The translations under genes and the position numbers were made by a program. A stretch of 62,527 nucleotides of DNA, the filler included. It is 15 parts of 15 records of this genome, joined end to end, with 100 filler letters (N's around TTAATTAATTAA, not from the genome) between each part and the next. Parts side by side here need not be neighbours in the genome. Positions count along the whole stretch, not along the records: positions 9,757 to 12,347 come from SRR11831585_1087; positions 12,448 to 14,465 come from SRR11831585_1090; positions 14,566 to 16,713 come from SRR11831585_1091; positions 16,814 to 24,875 come from SRR11831585_1099; 11 more parts are not named here. The stretch is one strand, 5' to 3'. The notes beneath the pieces are model-generated. The model made no database searches and had not been told where the DNA came from. It worked only from the letters and a program-made list of their open reading frames with translations. Shown here piece by piece: positions 10,373 through 20,658 of this stretch. Numbering within the stretch: position 1 is the stretch's first letter; each line of letters begins with the position of its first letter.

Positions 10373-11496
10373 CTACTGCGGCAGGGACGGGTCGCGCACA
10401 ATGCGGCTGCCAAAGTCCCAGAACGTCTGGATGAGCCGCGTCATGTGCGCGTCCTGCGGCTCCGTGGCTGGGGACCGCCGCCCCGACGCGCCGTGCGGGG
10501 TCGCACCCTCGCTGGCAGGCAGCGGCCGCATGTAGGGCACGCTGAGCGGGCTGCCGGCCACCGTGAGCAGCGACGGGGCCGAGCTCCACCGGATCATGGG
10601 CAGCGTGGCGTCGCGCCCGTGCGCCTGCGCCGACGGCTGCATCATGGCGCGGTCGTCCCAGGGCGCGTGTCCCCGCATATGCGGCGAGGTGTCCGCTGTG
10701 AGTGCAGGTGCATATGCGCGAGGGGGCGGTCTCCCACGCACATCGGGAGGCGGGCGCGGTGGGTGGGCCACAGGGTCGTACGGCTCGATCTCGGCGTAGT
10801 GATCGCGCGACTGAGGGGCGAGCAGCGGTGTGCGGTCTGCGAAGAACATGGACTCACTTCCTGCACGGCGCGGGGCGGTGCTGTGCGTGAGGCTCTGTGT
10901 GAAACGCGGCCGACCGACGGGCTCCGACGGGTAGGTGAACGGCTGAGGTAGTGATGTGCTGCTCATCCGCGACACTGGCCCATCATCGTAAAAGGAACCG
11001 TGCGCTGGCGCGTACATGCTCATGCCCGGATGAGATTCCGAGTACAGAACAGAGAAATTTTCGAGTTGATGCTGAGAGGATGGTGCGAGTGGTGGAGGTC
11101 CAGAGCGAGAACTCGGCTCGAGAGAGGGCTCGTCGTTCAGAAGTAGATCTCGAGTTGTTTCGATGCGAGCATGGTAGGTCGAGGCGCTTTTGTCCAACGA
11201 TTGAAGGGCCCTATATGGCCACCGTTTGATACCTAGTACGTGCGTGAGCCACGATTAACATTTTGGCGAACTTTTCAAATGAACAACGCTTCGCTTTGTT
11301 TCGATACATCATAAAATGCAAAGTCCTGAAGCTCACAACCATGATACTAAAGCAGTGATAACACACCGTAATGCCGGCATAATCGTTTCAGCATGGAAAC
11401 GGAAACTCCCAATTTTTCTGCGGCATCCACAAGAGGCACACGATAGAACTGAGAGATTTGTTCCAGCGATAGGGCGGGTTGGCGTTTTACCGGCAT
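10373..11496 (-). CDS. RWP-RK domain transcription factor, about 329 aa; exons 11496-11367 and 11232-10373
   Basis: Splicing GTGTGT...ACTAG (11366-11233, phase 1) yields MPVKRQPALSLEQISQFYRVPLVDAAEKLGVSVSMLKRLCRHYG|IKRWPYRALQSLDK, in frame with ORF 10373..11197 (Pro/Ser-rich tail). Confidence 0.9.
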
Positions 11497-12447
11497 TCAG
11501 ACATGCACCGTCCCGTACCGCACACCCCCAGACCCAACGTTCACACAGGTAACACAGACCCTGTGACCTGCGCCCCAAGCTTGCTTCCGCAAACCCGGCA
11601 CAACGCGTACGAAAGCGAAGCGAGAATGCGTAAGAAGTGAGCTGCAGTCCGTGCGTGCGCGATTCGTTCGGCAGGGCTCTCCTTCCCAATCCGCATTTAC
11701 TGTGCACCGGATACGGACCCAACCAGCGCTGCGATGCAGGGGAGTGCAGCGTCCGCACACGATGTGGGACACCCAACGGGCCCGTTTGCGCTTGCTCGCG
11801 CTCATCGCGGACACATACGATGGTCTCGCCAGCAGGGATCGAGCCAAAGCGGCACTCACACACGACATCCGACATGGCATGTGGGTCCATTCATTGCAGA
11901 TTCGCTAGAGATGAACGACTTCTTCCCAGGTATTCATGAGTGTCATGCGGGGGGCACCCAAAGATTCGAAAAGTAACAAGGCTTGAGTTAGCTTTCAGAT
12001 CTAGCGTCAGATCCGCCCGTTGACGAGCTGATTCTGCACTGCACAGAAAAAAAGCACTGCACGGCGTTCTTAATTCGCGGGTTCATCTAGCTAGCTAGCT
12101 GCGCGAAGGATCACAATCGTAACGTACGTTCCCTCGTCCGTCCCACACACTGAGCAATCATACAAAGTGGAGGAGCACCCACGCCACCACCATTCCGTGT
12201 GCATCGCCTTGCGCACACAATAAATACTCAACCCACACCGCTACACACACACAGCCGCGCAGTCTGTATCACGATTTGTGCTGCTTCGAGGGCGGTCCGG
12301 CCGTGCTGTACGCTTTCGAGCCCACTGTCCCTAGCGCCCCGCGGCCCNNNNNNNNNNNNNNNNNNNNNNNNNNNNNNNNNNNNNNNNNNNNTTAATTAAT
12401 TAANNNNNNNNNNNNNNNNNNNNNNNNNNNNNNNNNNNNNNNNNNNN

Positions 12448-13439
12448 TACGTTGCCAAAGTCGTCTAATCATCTGCGCAAGCCGAGTTCAGGCCTGGTGC
12501 AGCGCTTGTTGTCCTCTCGTAAGCGCCCCGCAACCAGTGATCACGTATCAGAGGTACAGTTCCGTGTTTTCAAGTCTCGGTATTCAACTTATACGTCGTC
12601 GTCCACGCTCGTAGAAGGAAAGCCCGGTCGTGGTCGCCTCCCCTGCGTGTATGTCCTCGCCGCCTGTCATCACGCCGCTGCGCAAACTGCATCCCCGCAA
12701 ACGTCTTCCCTTTCATGCGCCTGTCTCTACAAGCACTGTTTCTGACGAGCTTCACTCGGACGCTGCGACCCCGTCTCCCTCCCTTTTTGTATCCACGCGG
12801 TCCACTCACGGCACGCAACGCGAGCGCCCGTTCTCGGCAGAGGAGCTGGTATGAGTGTGCGTGGTTGATGTTGATGGGATGTGTGGTCGGGTAAGAGTAC
12901 GTGTGCGGTCATTGTGTGTATGTGCGGGGGTACGTATATCTCCGTGTCTCTGTCGGGATTCTGTCTGTCACTTCGTAGGCGTTTGTGGGGATGTTCTGTG
13001 TGTTGATACCGAGTATGGTGCTGGTGGTACAGCGCGGTCAGATCGAGAAGTGGACAAGGGCCGCACAGCAGGCTGCTGCGGAGTTGCACGCGCGCCTTCC
13101 TCTGTCGGTACGTACTATGCAGTGAGGAGTTTGTAGTGACAACATAGGTTTGTTTCTTGTTCGTGCTCCTTGGCGTTCTGTGTGTTTGGATGATGATGAT
13201 GTGAGCAGCAGTGTGCTGCCTGTGAGAGCGCGGTGCGCGAGTGGTTCTTCATGGCTGTGCCCCATTCTTCTAACGTTCGCTCGTCTTGTGTGGTGGGTCT
13301 GAATGTGCATACGTGTTGTGCTTTCTGCTATCATCTCCAGGATACGCAGACGCCACCGACCATGAGCGAGCTTCTTCACAACCTCGGTGTCGACTGCACG
13401 CTCATCCGCTACAACGCCGCCACAGAGGAGTTCGAATGA
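12448..13439 (+). CDS. SFR1: Sfr1/Mei5-family recombination mediator; 3' exons ...-12848, 13033-13107 and 13341-13439; 5' end uncertain
   Basis: Spliced C-terminus EEL|RGQIEKWTRAAQQAAAELHARLPLS|DTQTPPTMSELLHNLGVDCTLIRYNAATEEFE* parallels SFR1 LIKKWRSCSQLLLYEL...SLTQLIDHYGLDDKLLHYNRSEEEF. The N-terminal part is basic and low-complexity. Confidence 0.75.
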
Positions 13440-14565
13440 AGTGCGCAGCATCCGTGTGTTTGTGCGTGTGACACGGGCCTGCTAGGACGTGCTGCGTTTA
13501 CGTTGTGCTGTGTGCGGACTGCGAGCCCTCTCTCTGAGGCCAACTCGTACCACGGGTTGTCCGCTGTGCTGCAACGTTCATCGCGCGTGTGTGTATCCGT
13601 GTGAGTGGGTGGGTGCGATGTTCTAGTCCACCATCATCGCGAATCGCGTTTCGTGACGTTCGGGGGCGCGCAAACGTGTGCCGCCGCCAGGCAAAAGGAC
13701 GCGTGTTACTGGTGTTTTGGGGTTTGCGGCGGTGTTGTTATCCGTACAAGGCCCAACTACCGCCAGCTCACTTGTGTGAGAAGTTCGTTGTCTGCTGCTT
13801 CGGAGAGCGCCCAGCATCGTGGTGGCAGGGGAAGATCTGATCTTCATATGTGTGTGCGTGCGATGCACTAATGCTGGGTGAGAGTGTATTTGTAATGAGC
13901 GACGATGCGTTTATCGGGTGCGACGCTGTCCCCTGTGTGGGCCTTCCATTAAGTTTGTTGGTGGGGATCGGGGCTGAGCGCTATATGCGTGAGTAGGGAG
14001 TGATTTGCTGCTGCCCCATCTCTCTCGCTGGATTGGTCCCCGACATTGAATGTGTGGTGGTGTAGTGGCCGAAACGGAGCGAAGACGCTCACAGATCGTT
14101 ATCTATCGACGTGTGTATCGTGGCACTATAGGCTCAGTAATGTACATTACTCTGATATCTAGGGTCGTCTCCCATAACATTCTTGTTGTAGTACGGTCTG
14201 TATGGTAGCGATTACGCTGCGCGGCTCTGTATTGATATGTGAACTGCATTGAACTACACGACGGCATGTATGCGAGGATGTTTCTCTGTCAGGGTTTTCC
14301 TTGCTTGTGTGACTTTTTGAGTTCTTTGCAGACTTCTTGGTCCTGAGAATCATTTTGCTCGTGATACACACATATGTAACACGTACGTAGGAACTGACGC
14401 AAATGTCCACGGTGCGCACGAGTGCACCTCCGTCGCCATCGTCTCGCATCTCGGCGGTTTCAGGCNNNNNNNNNNNNNNNNNNNNNNNNNNNNNNNNNNN
14501 NNNNNNNNNTTAATTAATTAANNNNNNNNNNNNNNNNNNNNNNNNNNNNNNNNNNNNNNNNNNNN

Positions 14566-14593
14566 GCGGGTTCGAGTCCCGTCCGTTCCGCCA
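14566..14593 (+). tRNA. aspV: tRNA-Asp 3' end (T arm, acceptor stem, CCA), partial
   Basis: GCGGGTTCGAGTCCCGTCCGTTCCGCCA directly upstream of yafT. Confidence 0.9.
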
Positions 14594-14621
14594 CTATTCA
14601 CTCATGAAAATGAGTTCAGAG

Positions 14622-14653
14622 AGCCGCAAGATTTTTAATTTTGCGGTTTTTTT
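14622..14653 (+). terminator. Intrinsic terminator after aspV
   Basis: AGCCGCAAGA...TTTTGCGGTT followed by a T run. Confidence 0.7.
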
Positions 14654-14920
14654 GTATTTGAATTCCACCATTTCTCTGTTCAATGATTTTACTCTGGCGT
14701 AGGTGCGTGATTCTCGCTTGTTGTCTCATTCATTAAAATTCAATAATGATATCGAACCATTCAGCTTAAATATATTTCTAGAGAATAAATTTATATTGAT
14801 TAAATGAATGTATATTTCAAATTGATTTTGTTTGTTATTATTTAAGTGAGGTATATAATTAGAGTCCGTTATCAATGCTAAATATTCTAATCATTATGAC
14901 AGGCGAGGGAGTGTCCAATT

Positions 14921-15706
14921 ATGAATTCAAAAAAGCTTTGTTGCATATGTGTGTTATTCTCGCTGCTTGCAGGATGTGCCTCTGAATCTTCTATTGATGA
15001 AAAGAAGAAAAAAGCTCAAGTCACACAAAGTAATATTAATAAAAACACTCCCCAGCAACTGACAGACAAAGATTTATTCGGTAATGAAACCACTCTGGCC
15101 GTATCCGAAGAGGATATTCAAGCTGCGCTTGATGGAGATGAGTTCCGCGTTCCCCTTAATTCTCCTGTAATACTTGTTCAATCCGGCAACCGCGCACCGG
15201 AAACCATTATGCAGGAGGAGATGCGAAAATATTATACTGTTTCCACATTCTCTGGTATCCCGGACAGGCAAAAGCCTCTGACTTGTAACAAAAACAAAGA
15301 TAAAAATGAGAACGAGGATGTTGCCAGTGCTGAGAATATGAACTGGATGCAGGCACTGCGTTTTGTGGCTGCAAAAGGACATCAGAAAGCGATTATTGTT
15401 TACCAGGATATGTTGCAGACAGGAAAATATGACTCTGCGCTGAAATCAACAGTATGGTCCGACTATAAAAATGACAAACTCACTGACGCTATCTCCCTGC
15501 GCTACCTGGTACGTTTCACGCTGGTGGATGTGGCAACAGGTGAGTGGGCTACCTGGTCGCCGGTGAATTATGAATATAAAGTGCTTCCACCATTGCCCGA
15601 CAAGAATGAAGCCAGTACGACTGATATGACAGAGCAGCAAATCATGCAACTTAAGCAAAAGACCTATAAAGCGATGGTAAAAGATTTGGTTAACCGCTAT
15701 CAATAA
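14921..15706 (+). CDS. yafT: Lipoprotein YafT
   Basis: 261 aa with lipobox LLAGC; follows aspV; hairpin at about 15718-15741 downstream. Confidence 0.93.
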
Positions 15707-15842
15707 TAAATTATATCTGCCGCCAGGAATTTCTGGCGGCAATAATACAAAATTCTTTGCATAAGAAATTTTTCTTGACAAAGACAGTGCAAGAAAGGAC
15801 ATGGAATCCGGAGTTAAAAACTGTTTGTTTTAGAATATTTAA

Positions 15843-16322
15843 TTATTTAACTGCTGAATCTTCCTTGCGAGAAATATATCCATTATTACATTTCATGCCA
15901 TTTTTAATATAGATTGCTCCTGGGAAAATTCCCGTATTATTACCGCAGGGGTGATAATTAGTATTGACATATCCTGTGACAAAAGGAGCTATTAAAGGTG
16001 CTATTACGATAGCTATTAGTAAAAATATAAGAGTTAGCTGTATTGTTATGTCTGTGGCGAAATTGACTACCTTCGTTTTTTTGATTAAGAATGATTTTAT
16101 TATCGTAAGTAAAATTACATGAATATTTAAAAAGGAAAACGACATGAAACCGAAGCACAGAATCAACATTCTCCAATCATAAAATATTTCCGTGGAGCAT
16201 TTTATTATTGAATATAGAGGTTTAACTCCGGTAAAAAACAAAGAAGCATTGAATGCAGGGAAAAATAATATGGCCATAAAAAACATCGAAAGAAACTCTT
16301 TTAATTTAACATGTAAACGCAT
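15843..16322 (-). CDS. ykfM: Uncharacterised inner-membrane protein YkfM
   Basis: 159 aa with several hydrophobic segments; AT-rich; lies between yafT and yafU. Confidence 0.75.
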   Translation of the reverse strand: MRLHVKLKEFLSMFFMAILFFPAFNASLFFTGVKPLYSIIKCSTEIFYDWRMLILCFGFMSFSFLNIHVILLTIIKSFLIKKTKVVNFATDITIQLTLIFLLIAIVIAPLIAPFVTGYVNTNYHPCGNNTGIFPGAIYIKNGMKCNNGYISRKEDSAVK

Positions 16323-16331
16323 GGTTAATCC

Positions 16332-16670
16332 TCATATCACGGGTGGAGTGTTAAGAACATACATAAATGGAGTCATGTTTTCCCTTTTCCATTTATCAAG
16401 TTCCTGTTGCCGTTTTAGTCCATCTCTAATTGCATATTTTAATTTTTCTGATAAATGGCATTGAGCATCGATTTCATTTAAAACAACTGTACACACTATC
16501 CCTGTCAGTAAAATTGCTCCTCCGACAAGAATTACTGGAAAGCCAAAGCTAACACAGGCAAAAGAAGCCAGACTTCCAATAGCGGTTGCAACACCACCGG
16601 CTATAACTGCTTTGGCCACATCCATTGAAAAATCGCCAAGAAAATTAACCAGATCTCGCTCTGAACTCAT
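16332..16670 (-). pseudogene. yafU: YafU, C-terminal remnant of a membrane protein
   Basis: 112 aa MSSERDLVNFLGDFSMDVAKAVIAGG with a Gly/Ala-rich hydrophobic hairpin; K-12 synteny. Confidence 0.75.
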
Positions 16671-17132
16671 AATAAATTCTATGGTTCTGCTGATTTAACC
16701 GCAGAGAAGTTCGNNNNNNNNNNNNNNNNNNNNNNNNNNNNNNNNNNNNNNNNNNNNTTAATTAATTAANNNNNNNNNNNNNNNNNNNNNNNNNNNNNNN
16801 NNNNNNNNNNNNNACCCAGCGATCTCTCATTTAAGTAGGAGAAAATGCACACCCACACTTCGTCCGGAATATCTACAACTACAGTCATAAAAATTACTAC
16901 CGTAGCCCTTCGCGCATCGTAGTCATCGTCAACGCTGGTCAGTTCTGGGGCAAAGACAAAAGAAGTCCAGAAGAAGAACGCGTGTGAGTTGATATTGACC
17001 GTTCTCGGGGGTATGCTTGTGATGAGATGTGCATCCTGTGCGATTTAGCTAATGCGAAGTCTCGTGCCTTTCGTCTGATGTATAACACGTAGAACGCTGC
17101 ACCCATAGCTGCGTGTTGCCACAGGCTTTTCC

Positions 17133-18591
17133 ATGCCCAGCATTTTCGATATTCCCGATGATGTGCTTGTGTGCATCTTCTCCTACCTGAGTGAGCAGTG
17201 GCTGGGTCGGTGCGCGCGAGTCTGTCGCGGCTTTTCCACCATCCTTGAGGATGACTTGCCTTGGAAGAATGTGGCGCTCAAGTTCTACCCGTGGATGGAG
17301 CAGGTTGACAATGACCACATCTCATGGAAGCTGCGTGTGCAGACTTATGAGAACAATGTGGATCTCAAAGGGCTTGCCTCAGGTCAATTCACGATGGAGA
17401 CCCTACCTTTGAAGCACGAACATAAAAGGCATTGTAGTTTGGCTTTCACACCGGGTACTGTGTATGTTCCTTGGTATCGCACACTGCAGGTGTACAAGAA
17501 GACCGACAGAGACGCGAAGGGTGTCAGCCGTTTCTCTTGTGTGAGCGAGCACCACTGTTGTTCTCGCATAGACAACGCGTGTTCGTCTCCCGCTGCTCCT
17601 GGTACGTACACAGGACGAGAGACTGCATGGTGTTCGGTCTCGCGCGAGGTTAATTTCCGTATATCTCGTTGATCGAATGTGGGCCTTTATTTCCTCTTGG
17701 GTCCTCGCCGAAATTTATCTTTGTCGTTATTCTCCCGTCGCATCGAACGTAGTCGGTCTCGAAACGTCCTCTATCGTATGATAACACATGTACCTGCGTA
17801 GGACGTGTGTTTGCGGTTACCGATGGCGGGGATGCCCTTCTGTTCAACCGCGACGGGGAGCGAACGCGAGTGAACGCTGTGCAAAATCCGTATCCGTTTT
17901 CAGCCGCGCACATGGACAGCAAAAATTTGTATTGCGGCGGATACGACGGGGAGGACCAAAAGGTTAACGTGTATGACTATGTATCTGAGGCGCGGGTGTT
18001 TCAGACGCTAATTGATTACCATCCAACATGCATCAAGTCCCTGGAGGAACATGTGTTTTTGTGTGGGTCATCACATTCCATTCGGGTGTGTGATCTGCGA
18101 CAGCGGGAATGGACGCAGGGGATTAGTTATATGGGCACGAAGAAGGGAATCTCGAGGCTATACGGAGACGAGCAGGAGATCGTCTGTGCATTCTCGAACG
18201 GTACCTTGTCGGTATGTTTCTGTCATGTGTGTTGTCACATGGCAAAGTTCCAGTCTCTCGCGGAACGTTTCGACTGCCTTTCTGACGCCTTGTTTACGTG
18301 TGCTGTTTGTTGTGTATTTGGCAGGTGTATGATCGACGCAATCTCTACCGTGCGCTCAACACGGCGACTGTATCGAAAAACGACAGCTTCAGTGGTCTTC
18401 TCGTCACACCCTCCTGCATTCTCGTGGGATCGCAGCGTGGCCAAGTCAGTTGCTATGATCGTATCTCCCTGGAACGTAAGTGGATACGGACAGATTGGGC
18501 TCCCGCGTTTCATGCGACGCTCAACATCTTTGAGGGCTGCGTGGTCATTGCAGGCTTTTGTCCGGAGATTTATTTCGCCACGCCCTTTTGA
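17133..18591 (+). CDS. F-box/WD40-repeat protein, multi-exon
   Basis: N-terminal F-box IFDIPDDVLVCIFSYLSEQWLGRCARVCRGF...W, then WD-like strands (LYCGGYDG...VNVYD, FLCGSSHSIRVCDLR, IVCAFSNGTLS|VYDRR). Last exon is about 18325-18591. Confidence 0.8.
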
Positions 18592-20658
18592 ACGCGCTCG
18601 ATTCGACGTGAGTGATTTGAAGCAGCAACAGTAGTTCCTGTCAAGTTGCTGTCTATATGTGCACATGCACTGCGTAGGTGCAGAAGAAGCATGCGGAGAG
18701 GCCGATTTGTCAGTTCGTTCGACTAGACGGGCCATATTGTGTCGAGAATCTCTCCTAAAATTATGATATCAGTGGGCGCTTTGTTTCTCTTTTCCTTGTA
18801 GCGGCAATAGATAAGAAGGGTCCTAGTCTATCTACCGCCATCTGTGAACGGGGATGATTATTTCAAGTCAGCCAGAGCTAACGTTTCTAATACGATGTTA
18901 TGGAGGCAGTTCTGTGACGTGCAATCCATCGCTTACATTTCTTTTAAGTTATATTGTACTTTGGTTGTCTTTGGCAAGCAGTATATGACGTGTACCGATA
19001 AAGTGCGTACATGCAGTATCACTTTCTCACAGACCTACCACTCTAGATGGTGGCGTTCCTGTTGCAGCTAGGCATGACAACTATTCATACAAAAACAAAC
19101 GGAAGAGAGAGAATGACAGGGCAGAGTATATACAGCAACAGCTGTCACCCTTGCGCAAGCCGTTCTTAAATTCGCAAGGGAAACTAACATATACAAATAG
19201 GCACAAATGTGACAACATCTACATACGAACTCGCTCACTAATCGTTTCAGCGATGTCAAAGAATAAGCCACATTGTGCACCGCCCAGCCACCGGACACGT
19301 GTTTGATCCTGGATTGACTAGCTGGGTGCTTAGGTCAGGGGTTGCGGTACGAGCCAGGGTCATAGTGGAGGCACCCTCATTCACCAATGCATCAACCTAC
19401 ATATGGATATGTGAGTGTAGAACAGCTGTGGTGCACACAATCATTTCAGAGTGGCTCCGCTGAAAATCGTTTACTGGTCCTTTATCGATTGTTGATATCC
19501 GTATCTTGAGAACAACGACCCAACAATAACCGATATACCATGCAGAGAGATATACTTCGGGATGGGAAGCAACCGCAGTTTTCAAGTAACCAGCAGTTGC
19601 GATGATAGAGATCTATTGAGATGGTGCATCGAGAAACAGGAGAAAATGCCCAAGCCAGACCAGCAACACACTCTTGCCTCTGATTTCTCAAATCTCACAA
19701 CGCGTCAATTAAAACGAGGGTCCCGCAGCACTACACACCTCTATCCGCATTGCACGGCATGGAGACGTCAACGATGTGTCGAGACTACAGTAGCTGCTAT
19801 CTGGAGAGCTAGTTCGTCAAATTGGTGTGTTAATATGAGTTCGTTCAGTCGGCCTCTGCGTATGTATTCGAGTTTTCAAGTTAGGTACTTGCGAGGCGCA
19901 TACCTGTTGCCGTCCATGTATCTTCTGGCAGGGAAGAAACGGAATGAAGTGACATTATCGTGAGTGGAATGCACGTATTGATGTACGACCTACACGCATA
20001 TACAGACCTCCACCCATCGGACGAACACCAGCTCACGTCTGTCGAACAGGAAGCGGTACAAAAAGTCTGACAACGCTTTTGGAAATGCGCAACGGGCAAG
20101 GCGAATTGCCAAGCTTCTTTTCTCGATTTTCAGCACATCAGGCGCACTCGCTGGCCCTTCGTGGAACACTTGGTTTTCTTATCCATCATAACTTTCAGTT
20201 TGTTCACAGCTTTCACAATTTCGTCGAACATGGCCACGATATTCACGCCTCCGGCCTCCGTCCGGTCGAAACAGCTGTTCACTCCGAGTGTTGCGCCACA
20301 GAGCAAGACCCCGGCCACAGCACCGCGCCGAGTGCCGGCAACACCCATTCAGTACGCAGTGAATTCACATTACTTATCATGGAGCCGGTAGTGAGAGCTG
20401 CTGCTCACAATTGCTATGATGTAGACAATATGCGACGCCGTTCGCCACGCCCTTCCTGTCATCTCAATTCGCGGGGGATGCCACTGGCCGTTCGGTGGTC
20501 AGCTCGGTAAAGAAAGTACGCATGAATTTGTATTCCACAGCTTTCATCGTTTATGCGCTCGTGATGTTAATAGTTCCGTCATTCCTGTCACTCATTCTCG
20601 TCCATCCGGCTCTCACTCACGTCTACCTTTCTCTGCCACACAAACACAGATTCCGCGC

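Noticed and set aside
11333-11890. 185-aa Cys-rich ORF as a Rua1-like zinc finger (QGLCYLCERWV)
   Set aside because: Its 3' part overlaps the real RWP-RK exon in another frame, and the remaining similarity is only a few residues.
17019-17078. Box C/D snoRNA (GTGATGA...CTGA) upstream of the F-box gene
   Set aside because: Only about 60 nt, with no convincing rRNA guide or terminal stem. CTGAT sits just upstream of an AG and is better explained as an intron branch point.
19260-19720. Uracil phosphoribosyltransferase-like fragments on the minus strand (ISIIATAGYLKTAVASHPEV)
   Set aside because: Could not be assembled into a spliced frame, and no PRPP-binding motif was found.
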